From Sodaliphilus sp. (GTDB taxonomy: Bacteria > Bacillota_I > Bacilli_A > RFN20 > CAG-826): a stretch of 64,000 nucleotides of DNA. Where the stretch lies: the NCBI GenBank assembly GCA_963643355.1, contig CAVIJE010000002.1:40142-104141 (forward strand). The letters are read 5' to 3'. A program made the position numbers and the translations under genes. The first letter of the stretch is position 1. Every line of letters starts with the position of its first letter. The notes under the pieces were generated by a model. The model did not search any database. It was not told the origin of the DNA and saw only the letters and a program-made list of their open reading frames with translations. Positions 55,244 through 64,000 of this stretch are shown piece by piece.

Positions 55244-57057
55244 TTCTTGTCATCGTTATCCAAGGAAAGAACAGCCATGAACGCTTCTTGAGGGACTTCA
55301 ACTGAGCCTATTTGTTTCATGCGTTTTTTTCCTTCTTTTTGTTTTTCGAGAAGTTTCTTTTTTCTAGATATATCGCCGCCATAGCATTTCGCTAAAACGT
55401 CTTTTCTTACTGATTTTATCGTACTTCTTGCAATTATTTTTCCACCAATCGCCGCTTGAACAGGAACTTCAAATTGCTGCTTTGGAATTATCTCTTTCAA
55501 ACGCGAGACGATTCTTATTCCTCTATCATATGCGAATGGACGGTAAACAATGCACGATAAAGCGTCGATTTTATCGCCATTTAAAAGAATATCCATTTTT
55601 GACAATTCGCTTACGTGATAGCCTTCTATTTGGTAATCAAGTGAGGCGTATCCTTTAGAGATAGACTTCAGTTTATCGAAGAAATTGAAAATAATTTCGC
55701 TCAGAGGCAAAGAATATTTAACGACTTGGCGAGTATCATCAAAGAATACTAAATCTTGATATATTCCCCTTCTTTCCTGACAAAGTTGCATTATTGGGCC
55801 AACGTATTCTTTTGGCGTCATGATTTCAGCGTCTACGAAAGGCTCTTCGATGGATTTGATTTTTGAAGCATCTGGCATTTCAGATGGGTTATCAATCATT
55901 TTTGAGGTTCCATCGGATAAATTAATGCGATATTTAACCGATGGAGCGGTTAAAATTAGATTAAGATTGTATTCTCTTTCAAGTCTTTCTTGAATGACGT
56001 CCATATGTAAAAGGCCTAAAAATCCAACGCGGAAGCCAAAGCCAAGGGCCTCGGAAGATTCCGGTTCATAGGTTAAGGAAGAATCATTGAGCGAAAGTTT
56101 TGCTAAAGCTTCTTTTAAATCGTTGTATTTTTGAGAATCTACTGGGTATAGTCCACAATAGACCATAGGGTTGATTTTTCGATAACCAGGAAGCGGTTTT
56201 TCGGCTGGGTTAGTTGCTAAAGTAACCGTTTCGCCAGGGAAAACGTCCTTAATATCTTTGATTGTTGCGCATAAATATCCAACTTCGCCAGCATCCAACT
56301 CATTAACTGGCAAATCTTTCGGCGTTCTTATTCCAAGCTCTGTTACGGTATATTTCTTTCCGGATTGCATCAAAAGAATTTCATCGCCTATATGGACGGC
56401 CCCTTCTTTAACGCGAAGCAAAACTACAACTCCGCGGTAAGAATCGTAATAAGAATCGAATATCAAGGCCTTTAAGGGAGAGTCGACCTCTCCTTCTGGA
56501 GCAGGAACTAACTCGACCACTCTTTCTAGCATTTCAGGAACGCCTTGTCCGGTTTTCGCTGAAACCAAGGAAATATCGCTTGTAGATAGTCCTAATTTCT
56601 CTTCGATTTCTTTTTCGGCGTTTGGAACGTCAGAACTTGGCAAATCAATTTTATTGATTACTGGCAAGATCATTAAGTCGTTATCAATCGCTAAATAAGC
56701 GTTAGCTAATGTTTGAGCCTGAACGCCTTGAGTTGCATCAACTAAAAGAAGAGCACCCTCGCAAGCGGCTAAAGAACGCGATACTTCGTATGTGAAATCG
56801 ACGTGCCCAGGGGTGTCAATCAAATTAAAAATGTAGTTTTCGCCGTTTTTAGCTTTATAAGTAACTGTAACGGCATTTAATTTAATTGTAATGCCTCTTT
56901 CTTGCTCCAAAGGCATGCTATCTAGCATTTGCTCGGATAAATTTCGCTTATCAACCGCTCCTGTTTCTTCAAGAATGCGGTCGCATAAGGTAGATTTTCC
57001 GTGATCAATGTGGGCAATTACCGAGAAATTTCTAATGTGTGATTTATCAAATGGCAT
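55240..57057 (-). CDS. lepA: Elongation factor 4 (LepA)
   Basis: [20 protein letters not shown]; 605 aa with a LepA-specific C-terminus. Confidence 0.95.
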   Translation of the reverse strand: MPFDKSHIRNFSVIAHIDHGKSTLCDRILEETGAVDKRNLSEQMLDSMPLEQERGITIKLNAVTVTYKAKNGENYIFNLIDTPGHVDFTYEVSRSLAACEGALLLVDATQGVQAQTLANAYLAIDNDLMILPVINKIDLPSSDVPNAEKEIEEKLGLSTSDISLVSAKTGQGVPEMLERVVELVPAPEGEVDSPLKALIFDSYYDSYRGVVVLLRVKEGAVHIGDEILLMQSGKKYTVTELGIRTPKDLPVNELDAGEVGYLCATIKDIKDVFPGETVTLATNPAEKPLPGYRKINPMVYCGLYPVDSQKYNDLKEALAKLSLNDSSLTYEPESSEALGFGFRVGFLGLLHMDVIQERLEREYNLNLILTAPSVKYRINLSDGTSKMIDNPSEMPDASKIKSIEEPFVDAEIMTPKEYVGPIMQLCQERRGIYQDLVFFDDTRQVVKYSLPLSEIIFNFFDKLKSISKGYASLDYQIEGYHVSELSKMDILLNGDKIDALSCIVYRPFAYDRGIRIVSRLKEIIPKQQFEVPVQAAIGGKIIARSTIKSVRKDVLAKCYGGDISRKKKLLEKQKEGKKRMKQIGSVEVPQEAFMAVLSLDNDDKN

Positions 57058-57077
57058 AAGCAGTTATAAATTATAAT

Positions 57078-59435
57078 TTATTTTTGCTTTTTTCGGTAGA
57101 ACGAAGATAAAGAATCGGCGATATCTTCCTTAGAGGTGACAATTTCATATTCATTCCAAGATCTAGCAAAAAGCGCCTTATATTCTTGATTGGTGTATCT
57201 TTCATCGATTAAAAGCGCGCTTCCTACGTCTTTTTCTGATCTAATTAAACGTCCGACGGCTTGCATTATTTTATTAAGGCCAGGATTTATGTAAGCGTAT
57301 TTAAAGCCTTCGCCGTTCTTTTCGTCATAATAATCTTTGATCAAATCGATTTCTTTAGATATTTGCGGCAAGCCAACACCAACCACCGCTACACCAATTA
57401 GCCTATCATTTGGCAAATCGATCCCTTCAGAAAAAGAACCGCCAATAATAAGCAAACCAACAGTAGTTTTCTTTGGCTCTTTTTGAAAACGCTCTAAGAA
57501 ATCTTCTTTTTCCTTATCATTCATATCTTTGTTTTGAAAGTAAACATCGGAATTTTCAAAAGATAATAAATCTTTAATTTTTGCCAAATATTCATACGAA
57601 GGGAAATAAATGAAATAATTGCCCATTTTCCCTTCAACGAAAGCCTTAAGATAACTTGCGACTTGCTCATAGCTTTTTTCTCTATTTTTGTATTTTATGG
57701 AGACGTTAGGAGCGACCATCAAATGAAAATTATCCTTAGGAAAAGGCGAAGGAAGCGATAAATACGGATAATTATCGTTGCTTAAAAGGGATTCCATATA
57801 ATAATCAATCGGCGATAAGGTCGCGGAAAATAAGGCTATTCCCTTCACTTTAGCAAAATCTTCTTGTATATAAGAAGAGGGGTCAAGGCATTGGAGACAA
57901 AATTTTAAATCTCCTTCTGATTTGTGTAAATAAAGAGCGGAATTTCTCGCATAATCATCAATAAGTTTCAAAAAGCGGAAAACTCTTCTCGAAAGATCGC
58001 TAAGGCTTTTAGGAAAGGGAAGATGTTCATCTTCTTTCTCTTTGTCTTTATTTACTTCATCAAATCTTTTTAGTGCTTTGTAAAAATCATCATCAATCTT
58101 TTCGAACGTCTTAAAATCCTCACCAGTGTATAGGCTTTTTAAAATTTTAATGATTTTAGATAAGGAGTTTTTAAGTTTCTTGAAAGGTGAGCCAATCAGG
58201 TCTTTACGCACTTTTTCGAATTCTTCGAGCGAAAGAAACTCGCTATACATTTCTCGAGTTCTAGTGTTGAGGTTATGTGCTTCGTCGACAAGGATCATGT
58301 ATTTTGAGGAATCTACTTCTTCTGAAAAATATCTCTCGAGCTTAACCAAGGGGTCGAAAAAATAGTTATAGTCGCAAATAATCACATCGCTAAGCAAGGA
58401 TAAGTCTAATTGCAATTCGAAAGGACAAATTTGATATTCATTAGCTATTTTCGTAATTGTTTCCTGATTATAGCGATTGTTTGTTTTTGCTTCATTCTTA
58501 ACTATTTCTCGGAGTTTTCCATAATAATCTTTTGTAAAAGGACACTCATCAGGGTTGCAGGATTGTCCGGGAGAAAAACAAATCTTCTCCTTTGCAACCA
58601 ACAAGGAATCTCTTGCTTTTAAGCCTTTTTCGTAGCACGCCGTCAAAGCATCGTAACAAGACGCTCGGCCCGAAGTTTTAGCGGTTAGATAAAAAACCTT
58701 TGAATTTGAAGTCTTTGCAAAACTTTTAATCGCAGGATAAAGGGCTGATATAGTTTTGCCAATGCCAGTTGGTGCTTCAAAGAAGAAGACACCCCCTTTT
58801 CTTGCAACAGAATAAACGTATTTAGCCACTTCTCTTTGCCCTTTCCTGAATTCTTTGTAGGGAAAAGGCAATTTGTCAGCCGAAATATTCCTTTCGATAA
58901 TATGCAGACTTTCACGCTTAAAAAAATCGATGTATTCATTAACGAGAGAAAGAACGTACTCTTCCAATTCATCAAAATTAAAACATTTTTCTTTGACCAT
59001 CCGGCATTCGAAATCTTGCTGCGATATGTAGGTTAAGCGGATGTTGCAGCGAGGAAGTTTCTCTTGTTTTATATACATGTAGGCATAGCATTTTGCTTGT
59101 CCATAATGCCACTCTTTTTGCGTTTCATAAAATTCCTCTAGTGGAGAAACTGTCGATTTTATCTCATCAATCACCGGGTTTACGTCGCCTATGATTATTC
59201 CATCAGCCCTTCCTTCGAGAGTCACTAAATAATCATTGGTTTCTATTTCTGCTTTTAGGGGCACTTCAGAAAGATAAGTGTTTCCCTGACTTTTTTGATA
59301 TGACGAATGAATCTTCGAGCCAAGTTGCATGGTCTCTTGATTGTAAATTCGATTGTCGATATCGCCTTCACGCAAAAGAAAATCCACTAATTGATGGACC
59401 GATATAGTGAGTTTTTCTTTTTTCTCATTAGTCAT
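57078..59435 (-). CDS. Fusion: PD-(D/E)XK (RecB/Cas4-like) nuclease domain + XPD/DinG-family Fe-S helicase
   Basis: aa 75-117 GRADGI...IDEIKS...QAKCY (D, ExK, QxxxY). Walker A APTGIGKT (221-228). Four Cys at 286/293/298/337. DEAH box 384-387. Helicase C-terminal motifs. Confidence 0.75.
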   Translation of the reverse strand: MTNEKKEKLTISVHQLVDFLLREGDIDNRIYNQETMQLGSKIHSSYQKSQGNTYLSEVPLKAEIETNDYLVTLEGRADGIIIGDVNPVIDEIKSTVSPLEEFYETQKEWHYGQAKCYAYMYIKQEKLPRCNIRLTYISQQDFECRMVKEKCFNFDELEEYVLSLVNEYIDFFKRESLHIIERNISADKLPFPYKEFRKGQREVAKYVYSVARKGGVFFFEAPTGIGKTISALYPAIKSFAKTSNSKVFYLTAKTSGRASCYDALTACYEKGLKARDSLLVAKEKICFSPGQSCNPDECPFTKDYYGKLREIVKNEAKTNNRYNQETITKIANEYQICPFELQLDLSLLSDVIICDYNYFFDPLVKLERYFSEEVDSSKYMILVDEAHNLNTRTREMYSEFLSLEEFEKVRKDLIGSPFKKLKNSLSKIIKILKSLYTGEDFKTFEKIDDDFYKALKRFDEVNKDKEKEDEHLPFPKSLSDLSRRVFRFLKLIDDYARNSALYLHKSEGDLKFCLQCLDPSSYIQEDFAKVKGIALFSATLSPIDYYMESLLSNDNYPYLSLPSPFPKDNFHLMVAPNVSIKYKNREKSYEQVASYLKAFVEGKMGNYFIYFPSYEYLAKIKDLLSFENSDVYFQNKDMNDKEKEDFLERFQKEPKKTTVGLLIIGGSFSEGIDLPNDRLIGVAVVGVGLPQISKEIDLIKDYYDEKNGEGFKYAYINPGLNKIMQAVGRLIRSEKDVGSALLIDERYTNQEYKALFARSWNEYEIVTSKEDIADSLSSFYRKKQK

Positions 59436-60383
59436 TTATTCTACTTTTTCACCTTCTGGATTCAATCTTGCACCATTAGCAAAAGCCCCTGCATCCATGC
59501 GTTTTTTCCCTTCGTATTGGACTTCTTTTAGCAAAAGAGTTCCATCCTTCGTTCCTAAATAAAGCTTTCCTTTATTACATTTAACGTAACAAGGTTCAAC
59601 GGAAAAGTTAGAAGCTTGCGATGTTGAATAGATTTTGAGTTTTTTGCCCCTAAAAATTATGTATGCACCAGGTTTATTGGCTAAAGCGCGAATATATCTA
59701 TTCATTTCTAGGGCGCTTAAATTCAAAGGAAGATGTTCGTCTTCTGGCAATATTTTTTTAGCGAAAGTTACTTCTTTTTCTTCTTGTTCTATGCCTTTTA
59801 ATTCATCATTAACATAAAGAAGCAAATCTTCAACAATCACTTTTTTCGCTAACTCACCGAGTTTTTTGGTCAAAGAATCGTAATTATCTTCGTTTTCTAT
59901 TGAAAGCTCGCGCTTATCGTACATCTTTCCGGAATCCATCTTCTCGGCCATTTCCATCAAGGTTATTCCGCTCTTTTCATCGCCGTTCATAATCGCCCTT
60001 TGAATTGGTGCCGCCCCTCTCAATTTAGGTAATAAAGATCCGTGAAGATTTATTGCACCTTTTGGGGCTAAAGAAACGAATTCCATCGGAACTATTTGGC
60101 CATAAGCCATGCAAACTATCACATCAAAATTCAACTTTTTCGCAAATTCAAAGTCATTTTTGATTCTATGCGGCTGGAAAACCGGCAAATTCGCTTTTAG
60201 CGCAAGTTTTTTAACTGGCGGCATTTCAATTTGATCATGCCCTCTTCCTGTTACCTTGTCTTCTTGACAAACGACGCCAACAACGTCAAAACCCGCCTCC
60301 AAAAGGCCAAACAAAGGCTGAACGGCTATTTCTGGAGTCCCCAAGAAGAGGACTTTAACATCATTTGGACAAGTATATTTCAT
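59436..60383 (-). CDS. fmt: Methionyl-tRNA formyltransferase
   Basis: HGSLLPKLRGAAPIQ motif; SD AAGGAGGA; 315 aa. Confidence 0.9.
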   Translation of the reverse strand: MKYTCPNDVKVLFLGTPEIAVQPLFGLLEAGFDVVGVVCQEDKVTGRGHDQIEMPPVKKLALKANLPVFQPHRIKNDFEFAKKLNFDVIVCMAYGQIVPMEFVSLAPKGAINLHGSLLPKLRGAAPIQRAIMNGDEKSGITLMEMAEKMDSGKMYDKRELSIENEDNYDSLTKKLGELAKKVIVEDLLLYVNDELKGIEQEEKEVTFAKKILPEDEHLPLNLSALEMNRYIRALANKPGAYIIFRGKKLKIYSTSQASNFSVEPCYVKCNKGKLYLGTKDGTLLLKEVQYEGKKRMDAGAFANGARLNPEGEKVE

Positions 60384-60491
60384 CGAGAATCCTCCTTGAA
60401 AAAAACAATTAATTTGTATCGTTACTATTATAAACTATTTATTCGTTAATTTCTTTTGTGGAATGATACAATAACAAAGGCGAGGTAAAAT

Positions 60492-62519
60492 ATGAGTAAT
60501 TATAGTCAAAAAGATTGTCAGAAATTCATTGATCAATATAAGAGTTTGATGAATACATCCCTTACGCTTAAAGATATTTTTGAGTATTTCACGACTGTTA
60601 ACGCAAAGAAAAAATGCTGTATATATTTCGACGAGGATGACAAAAAAAGATCGTATACATACGCAAAATATAAAGATAGCGTCTGGTTTTTAGCTAAACG
60701 TCTTTCAACTTTGCTTTCTTGCGTGCCCGCTGGATCGACGGTTGCTTTAAAGCTTAAAAACTCTCCTACTTGGCCTTTGGTGTTCTGGGCGTTAATAATG
60801 ACCGGACATCCAGTTTTGTTAATCGCCGCGAACTTACAACACGCAAACACCGAAAATCTGCTTAAAGATTCCAAAGCAACGGCGATAATCGTCAACGAAG
60901 AAGATCCATATTCCGTTCCTTCTTTCCGTTTAAATAACGTTAGAAATTCCGAAGAAAATCGTTTGTTTACTCCCTCATGGGCCAATGAAGTTCTTTTTTG
61001 TTCTTCCGGAACAACGGGAAATATCAAAATTATGGTTATGAGTGGAAAGAATCTTTGTCATCAAATTGCCGCTGCAGCAAATATCCCGGAAAGAGGCAAC
61101 TCTTTGATGCATCCTGGTAAAATAAACATTTTGGCAATGATCCCATTTCATCACATTTTCGGATTTGTGGCCGTGTTTCTATGGTTTTCCTTTTATGGAA
61201 AAACTCTTGTTTATCCGAACAGCATGAGTTCAAGAGATTTGATTAAAGCTGTTAAAAATGGCAAATGCACTCATGTTTTCTCTGTCCCGATGTTTTGGGA
61301 TGGCGTAGCGCAAACGCTTCAGCGCAGCGTTTCTCAGCAAAGTAACAGTAAACAGGAACTAGTTAAAAGAATGTTAGACTTTAATAACAATAAAATTTCT
61401 CATGAAGAGGCAGGATTCGCTTCAAATCCTTTATTTAATTATTTAATGAGAAAAAAGGTTCTTGGAAATCAGATCGAATTTTGCATTTCTGGCGGGGGAT
61501 ATCTTTTGCCACAAACTTCAGCCTTGATTAATGGATTAAAATACCCATTAAACAACGGATATGGAATGTCAGAAATCGGCGTTACTAGCGTTGAACAGTC
61601 AAAAAAGGTAAATCACCGTTTGCTTAATTCGATTGGAAAGCCATTTTACGGAATTGAATACAAGATAATTCCAACTGATTCTTCACATCCAAACGAAGGA
61701 GAGTTATGCGTAAAGTCGGAAACGATTCACCAAGAGGAAATAATAAATGGCGCAAGAAGACACACCGAATTAGACAATGGATATTTCCATACTGGTGATA
61801 TCGCCTATGTTGATAATGCTGGGTTTTATTATATAAAAGGTCGTTTAAAAGATACGATCATAGGTTCAAATGGCGAAAATGTTTACCCCGATGAAATAGA
61901 AAGTTATTTCCGTGGAATTAAGCACATCAACAATCTCGTAGTTTTTGGGATGGAAAAGGACAACACCGAAAAAGTTATTCTTGTGGTAGTTTTAGAAAAT
62001 AACGTTAAAAACGACGAAATTCCTGAAATAAAAAAGAATATTGATTCGATTAACGCCACTTTAGCAAACGAGAAGAGAATATCCTATGCGTATATTTACA
62101 AAAAGAACCTTCCAACCGCCAATAACATGAAAGTCAAAAGGTTCGCGCTCAAAAATGAACTTGAAAATAACCCTCAGGATTTCTTGACGTTTGATGGAAC
62201 TCAATTAGTCAAAAAATGCACTTCTCTTGCTGAATATAGTCAAGATGACGTAAGTAGAATATCTAAGAAAGTTCGTAAATTATTCTCTAAAATCCTTTAT
62301 CTACCAGAATATAAGATTGACGACGATTCCTCGTGGGGAGAGGATCTTGGCGGCGATTCGATGAGCTACGTAACAATGGTGCAAGAACTCAATTCCATCT
62401 TTAAAATATCCATCCCTACAGAAAAATACGGAAAGCTTTTGACTGTCGCTGATTTCACCAAAGAAATACTTGACATTGAGAAAATAGTTAAAGAAAGTGG
62501 CAAAAATAATGAAAAATAG
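60492..62519 (+). CDS. Adenylate-forming (acyl-AMP/acyl-CoA ligase-like) enzyme fused to a C-terminal carrier-protein domain
   Basis: SSGTTGNIK (aa 171-179), NGYGMSE, YFHTGD, GRLKDTIIGSNGENVYPDEIE, NMKVKR. Carrier motif LGGDSMSYV with Ser623 (62358..62360). Confidence 0.75.
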   Translation: MSNYSQKDCQKFIDQYKSLMNTSLTLKDIFEYFTTVNAKKKCCIYFDEDDKKRSYTYAKYKDSVWFLAKRLSTLLSCVPAGSTVALKLKNSPTWPLVFWALIMTGHPVLLIAANLQHANTENLLKDSKATAIIVNEEDPYSVPSFRLNNVRNSEENRLFTPSWANEVLFCSSGTTGNIKIMVMSGKNLCHQIAAAANIPERGNSLMHPGKINILAMIPFHHIFGFVAVFLWFSFYGKTLVYPNSMSSRDLIKAVKNGKCTHVFSVPMFWDGVAQTLQRSVSQQSNSKQELVKRMLDFNNNKISHEEAGFASNPLFNYLMRKKVLGNQIEFCISGGGYLLPQTSALINGLKYPLNNGYGMSEIGVTSVEQSKKVNHRLLNSIGKPFYGIEYKIIPTDSSHPNEGELCVKSETIHQEEIINGARRHTELDNGYFHTGDIAYVDNAGFYYIKGRLKDTIIGSNGENVYPDEIESYFRGIKHINNLVVFGMEKDNTEKVILVVVLENNVKNDEIPEIKKNIDSINATLANEKRISYAYIYKKNLPTANNMKVKRFALKNELENNPQDFLTFDGTQLVKKCTSLAEYSQDDVSRISKKVRKLFSKILYLPEYKIDDDSSWGEDLGGDSMSYVTMVQELNSIFKISIPTEKYGKLLTVADFTKEILDIEKIVKESGKNNEK

Positions 62520-62548
62520 TTGTTTTAATTTTATATTAAAGGTAAAAT
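62520..62548 (+). promoter_or_regulatory. rpsT promoter
   Basis: TTGTTT, 17 nt, TAAAAT. Confidence 0.55.
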
Positions 62549-62584
62549 CGAGAACGCATAAGTTAAAAAAGGATTAAAAGATAT

Positions 62585-62845
62585 ATGGCAAACATCAAAT
62601 CACAAATCAAACGCATTGAAATTGGCGAAAGAAATAACGCCCATCACTCCGCTCGTAAAAGCGAAACTCGCGGACAAATCAAGAAAGCTGAAACTGCAAT
62701 AGCCGCCAAAAATAAAGAATTGGCAACTGCTGAAGTTAACAAAGCAATCTCTCTTCTTGACAAGCTTGCTCAAGATGGCATCATTTCAACAAATTCTGCC
62801 AATCGTAAGAAAGCACATCTCCAAGGCGAATTAGCTTCCTTATAA
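62585..62845 (+). CDS. rpsT: 30S ribosomal protein S20
   Basis: MANIKSQIKRIE N-terminus, 86 aa. Near and opposite in orientation to holA, with one intervening gene on the holA strand. Confidence 0.9.
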   Translation: MANIKSQIKRIEIGERNNAHHSARKSETRGQIKKAETAIAAKNKELATAEVNKAISLLDKLAQDGIISTNSANRKKAHLQGELASL

Positions 62846-62864
62846 AGATTTAATTATAAAAAAT

Positions 62865-62930
62865 AAATCGAATATTATTTAAATCAACTATATAAATACG
62901 GTTGGTTTAATGCGTATTCGATTTTTTTAT
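62865..62930 (+). terminator. Composite long hairpin / terminator between rpsT and phosphoesterase gene
   Basis: Outer stem AAATCGAATA (62865..62874) / TATTCGATTT (62915..62924). Inner stem TTAAATCAAC (62879..62888) / GTTGGTTTAA (62901..62910, one G-U pair). Then T7. Confidence 0.65.
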
Positions 62931-63376
62931 ATCTTTTTGAATGTGACTCTCACATCTTCGCTAGTTATGTCTAAAACCGCATAGCTAGCATAATCATCTC
63001 GTGGGCGGCACAAAGATCCAGGGCAGACAATAAACATTTGTTTGTATTTAGTCACCTCTTTAACGTGAGTATGGCCATGAACAAATATCTTTACTCCCTC
63101 TTTATAAATATTTTCGAGGGCATCTTCGCCGATTATAGGATGATGTCTAATCATCAAAACACCATAAGGAGTATTAATTTTTCTTTCAAAAGGCAACAAT
63201 GAAGAGGAATAATAATCACAATTCCCTTTTACTAGAGCAAAAGGAGACACATCTTGCAAAACAAAAGGACCAACGTCACCAGCGTGGAGATATAAATCCG
63301 CCCCGTTTTCAATCATGGCAACCTTTTTTAGTTCATAAAAACTTCCATGCGTATCTGAAATGAGGACTATCTTCAT
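62927..63376 (-). CDS. YfcE/MJ0936-family metallophosphoesterase
   Basis: Motifs SDTHG, HAGD, GNCD, HGHTH; 149 aa. Confidence 0.75.
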   Translation of the reverse strand: MKIVLISDTHGSFYELKKVAMIENGADLYLHAGDVGPFVLQDVSPFALVKGNCDYYSSSLLPFERKINTPYGVLMIRHHPIIGEDALENIYKEGVKIFVHGHTHVKEVTKYKQMFIVCPGSLCRPRDDYASYAVLDITSEDVRVTFKKI

Positions 63377-64000
63377 AATTCAAAATTCGTTAAAAATAAT
63401 TCAAAAGCCAATTTATCCGTCATTTTTCCTTGAAAAACACTTGATTCATAAAAATACAATTGGTCAATCGCTCGAGAAAGGCATGAAAAGGACATTTTTT
63501 TAATATTGTATAAAGATGCTTTGACTCTACCGGGTGAACAATTTAACTTTTTGGCAATATCAAACACTTCAAAACCACGACGAGATAAATATTTAACTTG
63601 ATCAAGAAAAATAAATTGATTACAAAGCATATTCATCAAAGGAATCGCTCCGCCAGAGTTTCCTTTAATTTGCATATCTTTAAAAACATGCAAAGCCGTT
63701 TGTTTATCGCCTTTTGTTAAAGCGTTCGAAAGAATGAAAATATCATCCTCTAAAGGGGCCGAAACCAACTTTTTTATTGTATCTATGGTAATAGTTTCAC
63801 CATTAGCATAGGCGATTAGCTTATTGCCTTCTTGAATGAATAAGGAATAATCTCCTTCAATGCGTTCTAATAATTCAGTCGTGGCCTCAGGCGTTATTTT
63901 TGTTCCTCTTTTTTCAAAAAACTTTGGAATGAAATTTTGCCAATCGTTTTGGTCGAATGCCGCAACTCCAGAAAATTTGCACCCTCCTTCTAACAAAGCT
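63373..64000 (-). CDS. holA: DNA polymerase III delta subunit HolA, N-terminus beyond window edge
   Basis: The frame is open to the window end. The C-terminal two-thirds resemble HolA (helical domains II-III). holA and rpsT are neighbours, as in Bacillota. Confidence 0.7.
   Translation of the reverse strand, partial: ALLEGGCKFSGVAAFDQNDWQNFIPKFFEKRGTKITPEATTELLERIEGDYSLFIQEGNKLIAYANGETITIDTIKKLVSAPLEDDIFILSNALTKGDKQTALHVFKDMQIKGNSGGAIPLMNMLCNQFIFLDQVKYLSRRGFEVFDIAKKLNCSPGRVKASLYNIKKMSFSCLSRAIDQLYFYESSVFQGKMTDKLAFELFLTNFEL

Noticed and set aside
1-64000. CRISPR arrays, IS elements/transposases, rRNA or tRNA genes.
   Set aside because: I found no array of regularly spaced 25-40 bp repeats and no transposase-like ORF. 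The few spacers longer than 100 bp are too AT-rich to encode tRNA- or rRNA-like stems.

Overview
Gene-dense, low-GC chromosomal window from a Bacillota/Mollicutes-like bacterium that uses the standard genetic code (TGA is a stop, e.g. xseA at 13332..13334; all long ORFs close under code 11). I call 59 protein genes. Almost all are core housekeeping genes, and their order mirrors classic Bacillus subtilis operons: relA-hisS-aspS; asp23-nusB-xseA-xseB-dxs; xerD-deoB; yqeG-yqeH-yhbY-nadD/yqeK-rsfS; parE-parC next to plsY; rpsU...ybeY-cdd-era-recO-glyQS-dnaG-trmK; lepA...hemW-hrcA-grpE-dnaK-dnaJ...rsmE...mtaB; holA/rpsT. I see no rRNA, tRNA, CRISPR array or transposase. One ribosomal protein gene (rpmG, 54 codons) is missing from the ORF track and was found by eye. 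The large-scale structure is striking. All 14 genes left of 18.7 kb are on +, and 38 of the next 41 genes are on -. They converge on a 756-bp ORF-free, very AT-rich gap that I interpret as a candidate replication terminus. That gap holds a perfect DnaA box, weak dif-like sites and phased repeats. The most interesting content is a set of lineage-specific genes inserted into otherwise conserved operons: (1) a C39-peptidase-like domain fused to an ABC-exporter-like membrane domain with no ATPase (rpsU/ybeY locus); (2) a Fic-fold-like protein with a degenerate active-site motif, an E/K-rich linker and a wHTH tail, plus a KE-rich single-pass membrane protein (between lepA and hemW); (3) a 263-aa orphan translationally coupled between rsmE and mtaB; (4) a PD-(D/E)XK nuclease fused to an XPD/DinG-type Fe-S helicase; (5) a stand-alone adenylation-carrier protein didomain. 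Other recurring signals are an 11-bp-phased TTAGTAG-type direct repeat in at least six intergenic spacers, and a class of genes with no Shine-Dalgarno sequence whose ATG sits 3-12 nt after a -10 hexamer (candidate leaderless mRNAs). All functional calls rest on motif recognition and synteny by eye; no searches were run.
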